This document shows, one piece after another, positions 31,866 to 41,801 of a DNA stretch of 64,000 nucleotides; position 1 is the first letter of the stretch, and each line of letters begins with the position of its first letter. The notes under the pieces were generated by a model, which made no database searches, was not told the DNA's origin, and was given only the letters and a program-made list of their open reading frames with translations. The translations under genes and the position numbers were made by a program. Origin of the DNA: Ignavibacteriae bacterium HGW-Ignavibacteriae-1 (GTDB lineage Bacteria > Bacteroidota > Ignavibacteria > Kapaibacteriales > UBA2268). The stretch spans positions 3,218 through 67,217 of the forward strand of contig PGYU01000011.1 in assembly GCA_002839825.1 (NCBI GenBank), written 5' to 3'.

Positions 31866-33284
31866 TTATATCGAATGATAAATAAAAAATCTCAACGCTG
31901 TGTTTGAGCTGCTGTAGTTTTCATAATATTTATAATCGCCGTAACGTTCATATAAAAGGAATTCTAAACCGAGTGCAGTTTTTCGGGATAAGTGTAGATT
32001 AATTCCGGTATTAAGCAAACCGACGAATTCATTTCCTTCTGCACCGGCAAGTGTATGTATCCAATATCTCTTATAGTTGGAATAGACTTCGCCCAAATCA
32101 TTGAAAAGAAACTTTACTCCGATACTTCCGCTTGCGCCGGGTCCAAGATTATAATCTTTCTCTTCTTCAACTGCATATTGTGAATTTGTGCCCCCCATTA
32201 ATATTGCCGATATACTTATATTATTCTCCATTGTTAGTGAATTTGAGAGTAGAACTCGGTTGATCAATTGCCCTGTAGCACTCGTAGCGGTTAATTTATA
32301 AACATTATTTATAAATAAATCAATTTCTTTGTATAGACCGATTATGTTATCGGTGTTGTCAAAAAGTTCTAATTTACTGTCTGTGATAACCCCGCTAGCA
32401 AATATTGCGACTATTTCATCTCCTTCGGCAATATTAACTTCAGTGTGAAGTGAAAAATAGTCGAACGGTTTTGTGTGTTTATCAACATCAAACCGATCAC
32501 TATAATTAAGATTAGCTCTAAGAGTTAAATATGCTTTGCTTTCATTAATGTTTTTACTGAAAAACACGTTATGAACTCCGGTAGAGACAATCAGTTTGAA
32601 ATCGGGTCTTATATTCGGTGAACCCGATTTCCACATATCACCTCGTATTAGACGATTAAAACCCAGCATAGGATTTATTACGGTTGATGTAAACTCACGT
32701 AAGAATCTTTCAAATCCGGTTGAACTTTCATCTATAATTAAGTTTGAAACACGATATGATATTTCGCCTAAAGTTATTCCGCTGAAAGATGTTGTAATAA
32801 GATCGTTATAAGAAGGAGGCTTGTTTTCCATAAAAAGCTCCCACATTAAGCTTCCGCCGATTGTATAGGGGGCGGACTCCCAAAAGCTCAATCCGTTTGA
32901 ACGTGCGGCATTAAAATAATTTGCACCATGAAATGGATGAAGAAATTGATTCATTAAAAAACGATCATCATCCGAAACAAACCCGGTCTTAAAATTATCT
33001 TTAATTGTTCTCCAGCTGATTTTAGCAAAATCACTATCGAAGATATATGTGTTAACTGCACCGAGAGAAAGATTTAACCCGATAATTTCAACAGCAGGGA
33101 GCAGATAATTTTTCTCCGGTTGAGAGATTATTTTGGTTTGTTCACTATTAAAACTTTCCGAATAAACAGCCAAACCTGGAGGTAAATTTTGATTATTATC
33201 TTGTGCAATTATGTCTTGAGAAATAAAGAACAAACATATTATCACAAGAAAATTAAAGGTTAGCTTATAAATATTTTTTTTCAT
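31866..33284 (-). CDS. DUF3943 outer-membrane protein
   Basis: D.F.MNQFLHPFHGANYFNAARSNG.SFWES, WE...E...PS.NDL. Confidence 0.8.
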   Translation of the reverse strand: MKKNIYKLTFNFLVIICLFFISQDIIAQDNNQNLPPGLAVYSESFNSEQTKIISQPEKNYLLPAVEIIGLNLSLGAVNTYIFDSDFAKISWRTIKDNFKTGFVSDDDRFLMNQFLHPFHGANYFNAARSNGLSFWESAPYTIGGSLMWELFMENKPPSYNDLITTSFSGITLGEISYRVSNLIIDESSTGFERFLREFTSTVINPMLGFNRLIRGDMWKSGSPNIRPDFKLIVSTGVHNVFFSKNINESKAYLTLRANLNYSDRFDVDKHTKPFDYFSLHTEVNIAEGDEIVAIFASGVITDSKLELFDNTDNIIGLYKEIDLFINNVYKLTATSATGQLINRVLLSNSLTMENNISISAILMGGTNSQYAVEEEKDYNLGPGASGSIGVKFLFNDLGEVYSNYKRYWIHTLAGAEGNEFVGLLNTGINLHLSRKTALGLEFLLYERYGDYKYYENYSSSNTALRFFIYHSI

Positions 33285-33290
33285 TTTTAG

Positions 33291-33554
33291 TTATCCTTCA
33301 ATCAAATTCATTATAGTTCTGTGAGCTTTTTGAATATTGTACATTTCGGAATGAAGTATCGTCCAAAAACCGTCAATCTTATCTAGCTTTTTGACGGTAA
33401 GATTTTTAAGACGATATCCGTCTTTGTCGTCAAGCTCTTTTTGTCCGATCCACTGAGCGTCGTCTTTACCCTCATTATCATAGCTCCAATTTATAAAGGG
33501 AGCATTTCTAACATCGGCTGGAGATAGAAACTCTTTTTGATTATATAAACTCAT
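33291..33554 (-). pseudogene. internally deleted LolA-like outer-membrane lipoprotein-sorting protein remnant
   Basis: FLSPADV...WSYD..GKDD.QW is fused directly to the C-terminal KIDGFWT...EM.N.QK.H.T; no signal peptide. Confidence 0.65.
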
Positions 33555-33605
33555 ACTAAAGATTGCTGCCTTTAAAAGTTTTAGTGTTATTTACATTTAT
33601 GGATT

Positions 33606-34178
33606 TCATTTTAGAACTCCTTCTTTTTTTATCTCTTTTTCAATAATGCTAAGTAATTTATTTGCGATATCGTCGGTCAGTTTTTCATTGAAGAAAGAGA
33701 TAACTTTGCCCGTAGCATCTACCACAATTATGTTTGGATTATCTTCGGATAAATTCCATCCCTTTAATAAAACTTCATCATTATCAAGTACGTATGATTT
33801 AGTTGCATCTTCTTTTGCTCTTCCCTTAACTTTTCCTTCGATAATGCCGATGGGAATCCAAGTAGCTTCGGTATTAATTACCATTGTTACTTGTACAGAT
33901 TTGCGAGAATAAGCTTTACTATCTATCTTGTTAAGCAACGATTCAACATCCTTTTGCTGGTTCGGCGCAACATAAAAAACTATATTTAGTTTGTTTTTAA
34001 GATCAGAGCTTTTCCATTCGTTACCGTTAATATTGCCTCCTTTGTCTTTTCGCAAAACTAAATCCGGAAGATTTTTGTTAATCTTGATTTGGGCGTTTAA
34101 AGTAACTACAGCAAATAGGGAGAGCACTATAAACCGTGATATAGTGATGATACTTCTATGATTCTTATTCATTCTCAT
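33606..34178 (-). CDS. YtfJ family exported protein
   Basis: GG..NG..W.S..L, FYVAP, INT.ATWIP, VLD...VL...W.L. Confidence 0.7.
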   Translation of the reverse strand: MRMNKNHRSIITISRFIVLSLFAVVTLNAQIKINKNLPDLVLRKDKGGNINGNEWKSSDLKNKLNIVFYVAPNQQKDVESLLNKIDSKAYSRKSVQVTMVINTEATWIPIGIIEGKVKGRAKEDATKSYVLDNDEVLLKGWNLSEDNPNIIVVDATGKVISFFNEKLTDDIANKLLSIIEKEIKKEGVLK

Positions 34179-34331
34179 TTTTATTCCTTTTCTTTTTTTG
34201 TTGCAAAATACGCGTCAACACTATCCTATCTTAGATAGGAAGGATTTTGAAATAGTAATGTAAACTTTTCCTCAGGCGAATTACCTAATGAAGTTGCAAT
34301 AGTGCATCGTTCATCAATAATCTGTGCAAGG

Positions 34332-34514
34332 TTATTCAAGCAAAGCTACAATAATCTCCTCCTGCCCGGTAAAGTGCCTGTAAATAACACTTTCAGAGAA
34401 TTGCATTTCTTTGGCTAAGTTTTTTATGGTCAATCCGCCGGTACTTGATGAGGTAAGTATTCTGCCGGCAGCTTCAATGATTTCCATTTGTCTGTCTGTT
34501 ATAGTCATTGTCAT
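34332..34514 (-). pseudogene. truncated TetR/AcrR regulator (HTH only)
   Basis: RQMEIIEAA...LTIKNLAKEM..SE..IYRHF; stops after 60 aa. Confidence 0.75.
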
Positions 34515-34549
34515 TTTTCGATGATATCCAATCTAAAGTTACTTTATGT

Positions 34550-34565
34550 TAGTGAACGTTCACTA
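34550..34565. promoter_or_regulatory. perfect 16-bp palindrome, likely TetR operator
   Basis: TAGTGAACGTTCACTA between a minus-strand TACTTTTG -7 element and the tetR start. Confidence 0.6.
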
Positions 34566-34689
34566 CGCAAAAGTATTGCAAAAAAATTACATATCCAATT
34601 TTTTTTCTTCAAAAGTTTTGAATAAGATTATCAGGATTTCGGGATGGACAGGGAATGAGACTCAGCAGAACAATAGGGTTGTGCTTCTG

Positions 34690-34715
34690 CAACCATAGGG
34701 TTAACCCTATGGTTG
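34690..34715. repeat. perfect 26-bp palindrome (REP-like)
   Basis: CAACCATAGGGTTAACCCTATGGTTG. Confidence 0.6.
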
Positions 34716-34719
34716 ATAT

Positions 34720-35164
34720 TTGAAGGATTACGAATTAAGTGTTGGCGATAAAATTGCGAACTATTCGCCGAATATCGAGGGCAATAGCATTGATTTGAAT
34801 TCATTTATGAATCATGCTTTGTTGAAAGCAAAAGGCAAAAATAATAAGGAAATAGTAGAAATTGAGAATTTGGTTGCGGCATACGAATTTGCGCAACTCA
34901 ATCTTCTGAATGCAAAAAAATCTATTACATAGCCACGCAATTTTGTCCGAGACTTTGTTAATCAAAAGTAAGCGTGGTCATTTTCGAAATGAAAAGATTG
35001 GAGTTTTCGACTTTGAAATCCGAATTGATGAACATAATTTATTTGAAGAAATGAACTTTGCTAAGGCAGTACATCTTCACAGTCAGCCTACACTTATGTT
35101 GACATCTTCAGTTTTTTTCCTTCTTTCCAAACCTTCGTTAATCAGCAATTTCATCAATGATTGA
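34720..35164 (+). pseudogene. fragmented Fic-family gene
   Basis: S.NIEGN motif, ENL..AYEFA, frameshift to H.ILS..LL....RG.FR; catalytic HPFxxGNG missing. Confidence 0.6.
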
Positions 35165-35188
35165 TAAGGAAAGTTGAAGTTTAAAGGT

Positions 35189-36568
35189 TTAATCCTCAAC
35201 GCTTAATAATAATTTCCACCTATTTATTTCATCTTTTACAAAATTTGGATTTGGTGAACCAAAAGTTTTTTTGCGATAGAGGGAGCCTTCAACTTTAAAT
35301 ACTTCAATAGCAGTTTCATCAAAAATTGGATTGATTTTTTGTAATTGCTCTAATGAAAGTTGGTGCAATTTAGAATTATGTTCTTCGGCAAGTTTAACAA
35401 CTTCGCCAACAATGTGATGTGATTCTCTAAACGGTATTCCTTTAACAACAAGCCATTCTGCAAGCTCGGTTGAAAAAATAAAATCGCCTTCTAATTCATT
35501 TACAAATCTGTTTTTGTTAACAGTAAGCGTGCTAATCATTCCAATCATCATAGAAAGTGCTTGATAATAGTTGTTAAATGAATCAAAAACCGGCTCTTTA
35601 TCTTCTTGCATATCACGATTGTAGCTTAAAGGCAATCCTTTCATCATAGTGGAAACGGCTGTATAATTTCCATAAACTCTGCCTGTTTTACCTCTGCTTA
35701 GTTCTGCCATATCGGGATTTTTCTTCTGAGGCATTAGTGAAGAGCCGGTTGTAAAAGAATCACCCAATTTAATAAAATTAAACTCGGAAGTTGACCAGAT
35801 AATTAACTCTTCAGAAAGGCGGCTTATATGCATCATGCCAATATTACATGCGTTTAAGAAATCGAGGGCAAAATCCCTGTCCGAAATTGCATCCAAAGCG
35901 TTTGAAGCGGGTTTGCTAAAATTCAATTTTTCGGAAGTTAAATTTCTATCAAGTGGAAGAGTTGAGCCAGCAAGGGCTCCACAACCAAGTGGTGAAATGT
36001 TGGTCTCCTCAAAAACAAATTTTAAGCGATTTTTATCTCTTTCGAGCATTTCAATATAAGCAAGCAGATGAAATGCAAATGAAATTGGTTGGGCGCGTTG
36101 CAAGTGAGTATATCCCGGCATTATGGTTTCTGTATGCAATTCACTCAAGTTAATTAGTGCTTTTTGGAAATTAGATATTTCCTCTATCAAATTAGAAATT
36201 GCTTTTTTAGTCCAAAGTCTAAATCCTGTTGCTATTTGGTCATTTCTGCTTCTTCCTGTATGAAGTTTACCGGCAATTTCGCCGATTAGTTCAAAAAGCT
36301 TTGCCTCAACTGCGGAGTGAATATCCTCAAACTCAAATTCTTCCGGTTTCCATTCATTATTATTATATAGTTTTAGGATAGAATTTAGTCCGTTTACAAT
36401 TTTTATGGATTCATCTTCGGAAATAATATTTACGGATGCCAACATTTCTGCATGTGCAATGCTTATTTTAATATCTTCACCAATTAAATTTATATCAAAT
36501 GAAAGCGATGAAGAAAATTCCATTGCATTATCATTTAGTTTATCTTTAAATCTTCCGCCCCAAAGCAT
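35189..36568 (-). CDS. argH: argininosuccinate lyase
   Basis: LWGGRF, LHTGRSRNDQ, PGYTHLQRAQP, TGSSLMPQKKNPD. Confidence 0.97.
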   Translation of the reverse strand: MLWGGRFKDKLNDNAMEFSSSLSFDINLIGEDIKISIAHAEMLASVNIISEDESIKIVNGLNSILKLYNNNEWKPEEFEFEDIHSAVEAKLFELIGEIAGKLHTGRSRNDQIATGFRLWTKKAISNLIEEISNFQKALINLSELHTETIMPGYTHLQRAQPISFAFHLLAYIEMLERDKNRLKFVFEETNISPLGCGALAGSTLPLDRNLTSEKLNFSKPASNALDAISDRDFALDFLNACNIGMMHISRLSEELIIWSTSEFNFIKLGDSFTTGSSLMPQKKNPDMAELSRGKTGRVYGNYTAVSTMMKGLPLSYNRDMQEDKEPVFDSFNNYYQALSMMIGMISTLTVNKNRFVNELEGDFIFSTELAEWLVVKGIPFRESHHIVGEVVKLAEEHNSKLHQLSLEQLQKINPIFDETAIEVFKVEGSLYRKKTFGSPNPNFVKDEINRWKLLLSVED

Positions 36569-36681
36569 AATTGTGTTTCCTTATTATTTTAGAAATAAAA
36601 ATAAAAGACATTAAATACATGACAAAACACGGAGTTAACCCTCTTCTGTCATAGTATCTAATATCTTTCATTCATCTAAAT

Positions 36682-37893
36682 TTATTTGTTTCTAACTTGA
36701 CTAGCAGTTTTAAAAGGCAATCCATAAAGATGAATAAACCCGATAGAAGCTACTTGGTCAAATCTATCTCCATCAGAGTATGTTGCCAATTCTTCATTGT
36801 AAAGGCTAAACTCAGAATCTCTTGATAGCACTTTTAGAGTTCCTTTATAAAGTTCAATTTTAACATTTCCGGAAATATATTCTTGAGTTGAATCAACAAA
36901 AGCCATAAGCGAATTGAACAAAGGAGTGAACCATAATCCATCATAAATCATATTAGCTACTTGATTTGAAACACCTTGTTTATATCTAAATGTGTCCTTA
37001 TCCATAACTAATTTTTCAAGTTCATGATGTGCTTTATGTAAAATGGTGGCTGCCGGTGCTTCATAAATTTCTCTGGATTTAATTCCAACAACTCTATTTT
37101 CAATAATGTCTAATCTACCAATTCCATGTTTTGAACCAAGTGTATTTAGTTCAACAACCAAATCAACCGGGGATTTAGTTTCTCCATTAATAGCAATAGG
37201 AATACCTTTTGCAAAAGAAATTGTAATTGTTTCAGATTCATCCGGTGCATTTTTAGGATCTGTAGTAATTTGATATGCATCTGCCGGAGGTGCCACAGTA
37301 GGATCTTCTAAAACGCCGCATTCAATAGAAATTCCAAAAAGATTTTCATCTATTGAATAAGGTGATTCTTTTGTTGCTTGAACTGAAATGTTGTGTAGTT
37401 TGGCATATTCAATTTCTTGTTCTCTATTTTTGAACTCCCATGTTCTTAGTGGAGCTAAAATATTTAAATGTGGAGCAAGAGCCTGAATTCCTACCTCAAA
37501 TCTTACTTGATCATTTCCTTTTCCAGTTGCGCCATGAGCAACTGTATCTGCACCTTCTTTTATTGCAACATCAACGAGCATTTTAGCAAGTAAAGGTCTG
37601 CCAATTGAACATCCCATTGGATATTCGTTTTCGTAAAGAGCCCCAGCTTTTAGTGCTCTAAAAGCGTACTCTTTAATAAACTCTTCTTTTAAATCTATAA
37701 CGTGAACTTTTGAAGCTCCCGTTTTTAATGCTTTTTCTTCTAAGCCAACTAATTCGCTTTTCTGACCTAAATCACCGGTAACAGCAATAATTTCAGCGTC
37801 ATATTTTTCGCTTAACCATTTTACCATTACTGATGTATCAAGTCCACCGGAATAAGCAACAACAATTTTCTTTGGATTCAAAATTTTCTCCAT
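36682..37893 (-). CDS. argG: argininosuccinate synthase
   Basis: AYSGGLDTS, HGATGKGNDQVRF, ENRVVGIKSREIYE; start taken at MEKIL. Confidence 0.97.
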   Translation of the reverse strand: MEKILNPKKIVVAYSGGLDTSVMVKWLSEKYDAEIIAVTGDLGQKSELVGLEEKALKTGASKVHVIDLKEEFIKEYAFRALKAGALYENEYPMGCSIGRPLLAKMLVDVAIKEGADTVAHGATGKGNDQVRFEVGIQALAPHLNILAPLRTWEFKNREQEIEYAKLHNISVQATKESPYSIDENLFGISIECGVLEDPTVAPPADAYQITTDPKNAPDESETITISFAKGIPIAINGETKSPVDLVVELNTLGSKHGIGRLDIIENRVVGIKSREIYEAPAATILHKAHHELEKLVMDKDTFRYKQGVSNQVANMIYDGLWFTPLFNSLMAFVDSTQEYISGNVKIELYKGTLKVLSRDSEFSLYNEELATYSDGDRFDQVASIGFIHLYGLPFKTASQVRNK

Positions 37894-38039
37894 ATGAGTC
37901 CACTTTAATAGACTCAATTAATAATGTGTTTTTAAAATCATGTTTCTCTTATAGAATTATGAACATTCTATATATTGACAATTTAATTCAACAAGTATTT
38001 TATCCACTGCATCTGATCCAATCTCCATCAGTATTACTT

Positions 38040-38158
38040 CTGCGGTGGCGGATCTGTTGAATTAGAGCGAGCCGCTTTTTGGTAGGTTGGGGGAGGGCAA
38101 GGGAGCTGAGATTACTGCCAGCACCGAACCACCGCCTGACACAAAACCCATGTTAGCG
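38040..38158 (-). repeat. degenerate attC-like site
   Basis: Minus strand: CGCTAAC atgggttttgtgtcaggcggtgg...ccgccaccgc; distal R' lost. Confidence 0.65.
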
Positions 38159-38184
38159 TTTCGTTGGTTATTTAATCAAATGGT

Positions 38185-38859
38185 TTAGTCCTTAACGCAG
38201 CGGACAGAGAAACCTTCTGGTTTCTCTGCAGGACCTTTGAACACGAGTTCGATATTGGTGTTCATACCTCTTATCCAGATACGCTCCGCATTAAATTCAG
38301 TAGAAGTCCACCAGCTACCTCCGTTATTAATTATATTGAATATTCCATCCATGGAACGATATCCACCCGGGAGCGCGTTAAAGCCTGATTCGTTTGTAGC
38401 TCCGTAATTAGGAGTCTCCCAATGGGAAGTTCCTGATTCTTTCAGCTTGCCACCAGCAACATCTTCACCTCCAAGATACGTTGTTAGTTCTGACCACTCG
38501 GCATCAGTTGGAATGTGCCAGCCGGTGGGGCAAAGTTTGTCTGTTTTTACTGCATATCCATTATATAATGCTCCATATTGGTTTTTATATGTTGAATCAT
38601 TATCATACCAATAATATGCAGGGGTTGTTAAAGATATTGAATCACGATTTATCCATGCCGAATTATCGGTAACTAATGGTATTGGCGTACCATCATTATA
38701 CTTTGTGGTTTTCAGGTTTTCTGCCATCCAGGTCTGCGTCCCTATGGTTACGGTTTTATATATATTTCCATCAATGTCTTTTACTGTTTGCGCCTTAACT
38801 GCTGTAAAACTTAAACTAACCAGTAGAACAGCTATGGTTTTTATTATTTTTTGTTTCAT
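38185..38859 (-). CDS. Fibrobacter succinogenes major paralogous domain (FISUMP) protein
   Basis: DIDGNIYKTVTIGTQTWMAENL, CPTGWHIPT..EW, GFSVRCVKD. Confidence 0.92.
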   Translation of the reverse strand: MKQKIIKTIAVLLVSLSFTAVKAQTVKDIDGNIYKTVTIGTQTWMAENLKTTKYNDGTPIPLVTDNSAWINRDSISLTTPAYYWYDNDSTYKNQYGALYNGYAVKTDKLCPTGWHIPTDAEWSELTTYLGGEDVAGGKLKESGTSHWETPNYGATNESGFNALPGGYRSMDGIFNIINNGGSWWTSTEFNAERIWIRGMNTNIELVFKGPAEKPEGFSVRCVKD

Positions 38860-38874
38860 TGTACTTTGCCATGA

Positions 38875-39711
38875 TTACTTCTTAACAATTTCCACCCTGC
38901 GATTGAGTGCTTTGCCTTCCTCTGTTTCATTTGTTGTAACAGGACATACAGGACCAACGCCATCACCTGTCAATCGGGTTGCTAAGATATTATACTTTGT
39001 TACCAGGTAATTCTTAACTGATTCACCTCTGCTTTTTGAAAGTTTTTGATTCATATCATAGCTCCCCACGTTGTCTGTATGTCCAACGATGTAAACATTT
39101 AATCCAGGATTTTCCTTAAGATAGGTTGCAATTGAGCTTATCGCTTTCTCCGATTCAGGCTTGATGTCAGATTTTCCTGTATCAAAAAGAATACCATACA
39201 GGGCTATTTTCCCCTGTGAAGCAATACTCTCTTTTATATCCAATGCACTTACTTCCTGCTTCATCACATCAACTTCTATTGATATGATGCCGTAATTATC
39301 CAAATCGGTGCTATTCGTGTTTGCATTCACATAAATCCATAATTCTTTGCCATTGTAAGTGGTTTTAAATACAGATCCGTCGGATTCTTTTAATACTTCC
39401 CCTCCAGCTGCCTTGATAGCATTTGCATGATTTTGAAGTATCTGAAGTCCTGATACCTTCCTGGTGTTATCCTCCTTTTTATTAAACCACACTTCACGAT
39501 ATACACCTTCCTTTTTAATGGAGCGTGCTCCCCTGTCGACAATGAAATCATAAGATCCGAATTCAGAATAGTTGCAATAATCTTTCACGTAAAATCCATC
39601 AAAAACGGTGAAAAATTTAAAGGTTTTTTCAAGGCAATCCGGATTGTCATTCTGTGCATAAGAGAGTATAGGTATTGCGCATAAAAGAAGTAATAAGATG
39701 TGTTTTTTCAT
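38875..39711 (-). CDS. OmpA-family peptidoglycan-binding protein
   Basis: ILFDTGKS, VGHTDNVG, LS..RG, NRRVEI. Confidence 0.9.
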   Translation of the reverse strand: MKKHILLLLLCAIPILSYAQNDNPDCLEKTFKFFTVFDGFYVKDYCNYSEFGSYDFIVDRGARSIKKEGVYREVWFNKKEDNTRKVSGLQILQNHANAIKAAGGEVLKESDGSVFKTTYNGKELWIYVNANTNSTDLDNYGIISIEVDVMKQEVSALDIKESIASQGKIALYGILFDTGKSDIKPESEKAISSIATYLKENPGLNVYIVGHTDNVGSYDMNQKLSKSRGESVKNYLVTKYNILATRLTGDGVGPVCPVTTNETEEGKALNRRVEIVKK

Positions 39712-39736
39712 GATATTTTGTTTTTTTAATTAATAG

Positions 39737-40753
39737 TTAAAAAGAGCGAATCGCATGAACCCCAAGTTCTACAGAATAAAGAACAGTGCTTTGTACTCCT
39801 GTGATAAAGTTCTGGCATTGGGGGATTCCATTTCCGTCCTCCGTGGAACTGTAATAAGTCTCCATGCCCCATCGGTAAAACAAATCTTTTTGCAGATACA
39901 ATAAATTCAACTCGTAAAGCGACGGTAAATACCAATCACCATACACAAGACCATTGTTTTCAAATACTTGATGCTCAGAGCAAATCAAGGCTGCGTATTT
40001 TTGGCTATTCCCTCTTCCCTGACTTGCAATTATGACAGCTGTATTTGCTTTACCTGCACCAATACCATCGGCTCTTGCCATTGTATACTCATGAAAACCA
40101 GCTATTCCAGAGTTTTGATCATCTATTGCTGCTATTAATCCATGTTGTCCGTTATCATAAACATAAAACACAATACCACCTCCGTAATGTTCGCCAATGG
40201 TATGAATTGATGATACTCCTGAAACACCAGACGGGTTGGCAGACCCCAGAGAATCTTGCTGTCCCTGCTGTCCTGTTATTCCTGTTGATCCTGCCTCCTG
40301 ACTGCTTCCATCCATTTCGATAGAAATGACTCCGTAATTATCCAGGTCTTCGCTGTAGGTGTTGGCATTCACATAGATCCAGAATTCTTTACCCTGGTAT
40401 GTCAATGTAAATACGGACCCGTCCGATTCCGGCACCACTTCTCCTCCTGCCGCTTTAATTGCATCGGACTGTTGCTTAAGGATCTGCTGTCCTGAAATAT
40501 GCTTGTAATTGTCTGCCTTCCTTTTGTACCAGGCTTCGCGATATACTCCTACCTTGTGTATGGATCTGCTGTTCCTGTCAACGACAAAATCATAGGAGAA
40601 GTATTCAGAGAATTTGCAATAGTCACCTAAGTAGTATCCTTCAAAGGAAGGAAGGAAAGGCAATGCAGATTTCATGCAACCCTGGACATCATCCTGGGCT
40701 AATGCATAAAGGGAAAGACTGAACATAACAAGTGAAAGAATTGCTTTTTTCAT
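39737..40753 (-). CDS. exported protein: N-domain shared with the OmpA neighbour + DUF1566-like C-terminal domain
   Basis: IGEHYGGGIVFYV...HGLI, DWYLPS..EL, terminal AIRSF. Confidence 0.8.
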   Translation of the reverse strand: MKKAILSLVMFSLSLYALAQDDVQGCMKSALPFLPSFEGYYLGDYCKFSEYFSYDFVVDRNSRSIHKVGVYREAWYKRKADNYKHISGQQILKQQSDAIKAAGGEVVPESDGSVFTLTYQGKEFWIYVNANTYSEDLDNYGVISIEMDGSSQEAGSTGITGQQGQQDSLGSANPSGVSGVSSIHTIGEHYGGGIVFYVYDNGQHGLIAAIDDQNSGIAGFHEYTMARADGIGAGKANTAVIIASQGRGNSQKYAALICSEHQVFENNGLVYGDWYLPSLYELNLLYLQKDLFYRWGMETYYSSTEDGNGIPQCQNFITGVQSTVLYSVELGVHAIRSF

Positions 40754-40838
40754 AATATTTCAACTTTGTTTCTATTTGTGCATGATTATTATTTTTTAAT
40801 AAAAATAGCTTACAATATTTATTATTTTCCCCAATGAA

Positions 40839-40955
40839 CGCCAACTTGTTTATTTACACAATAATATCATATATCGTTATACAAATCTAACAATATATTT
40901 AATATCTACAAAATTATTTTGTATGAAAAACAAAATATTTATAAATTTCCAAATT
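40839..40955 (-). promoter_or_regulatory. module head: attI-like site (40839-40857) + TAGATTTG promoter (40882-40889)
   Basis: Minus strand GTAAAT-AAACAA-GTTGGCG; near-complement AACGCTAAC at the far cassette end (38152). Confidence 0.7.
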
Positions 40956-41040
40956 CTTAGCGATGCTGTAATCGAGCAAAGACTTTGGTAGAAGAACAGC
41001 TTGATTTAATCATTGAAATACCGATTTTGGGTAAATGCTG

Positions 41041-41373
41041 TTAACGGTTCGAGCTTTTGTCATCCGTGTCATTTAATTTGTTCAGTATGTATTTCTGCGG
41101 CGCTGTCTTGGGAACTCGTTTAATAATTTGTCGTGCTTCTAGGTCAAGTTTTACCCATTCCAAATACCAATTTAATGAGCCATCAAATTTTATTTTCTTC
41201 TCCTTAAAGTCTTGGGCAATAGTTTTTGATATCTCAGAAAAAGTTCCGTCCGTTTTTTCAGTCAGATATTTTACTATTTCTGTTTTCAATATCTCAAACT
41301 TGTCTCTGCTGATGCTGACAGCTTTCTTTCCCTGCGGGTGTTTGAGTTGTATTTTTTGTTTTTCCATTTTCAA
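41041..41373 (-). CDS. DUF6958-like small protein; stop codon inside an attC R'' (CCGTTAAC)
   Basis: HPQGK, W..E.VKLDLEAR. Confidence 0.65.
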   Translation of the reverse strand: MKMEKQKIQLKHPQGKKAVSISRDKFEILKTEIVKYLTEKTDGTFSEISKTIAQDFKEKKIKFDGSLNWYLEWVKLDLEARQIIKRVPKTAPQKYILNKLNDTDDKSSNR

Positions 41374-41394
41374 AATTTTTTACAGAGAATAATT

Positions 41395-41790
41395 TCATTT
41401 GGTTAATTTATATCCTAAGTAACTGCCCAAAAATTTTGCAGTATTGGCAATTGCAAAAAATAAAATGAAGTCAGACCATTTCACGCCTGCTGCCGTTATG
41501 ATGATGAAGTCCAACAAAATATAAATGATTGGAAAAAAAATTATCAATTTGAATACATTCGGGTATTCTTTGTTCTTCCAATATCGTGCAACCAGAAAGA
41601 ATACGACAAACCCAAAAATACCTGAAATATAAGGAGCAGAAGAATTTGCATGTGCTTCATAAACACTTTGTTCTTGTCCAGGATTTATGAGATAAGAATA
41701 TACTGCAACTTCAAGGAATGAAATGATAACTAAGGTTATCATAGTCGCTATTGCCAATCCAATTAGTTTTAAAATCACATATTTTTTCAT
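41395..41790 (-). CDS. hypothetical 4-TM membrane protein
   Basis: Four hydrophobic helices; operon-like spacing. Confidence 0.7.
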   Translation of the reverse strand: MKKYVILKLIGLAIATMITLVIISFLEVAVYSYLINPGQEQSVYEAHANSSAPYISGIFGFVVFFLVARYWKNKEYPNVFKLIIFFPIIYILLDFIIITAAGVKWSDFILFFAIANTAKFLGSYLGYKLTK

Positions 41791-41801
41791 TTGATTAATA
41801 T

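Noticed and set aside
37940-37990. ARG-box operator upstream of argG
   Set aside because: Only a weak AT-rich match; cannot be told from background.
38185-40753. FISUMP/DUF1566 genes as active DGR targets
   Set aside because: No template repeat or RT is visible here; a remote DGR cannot be excluded.
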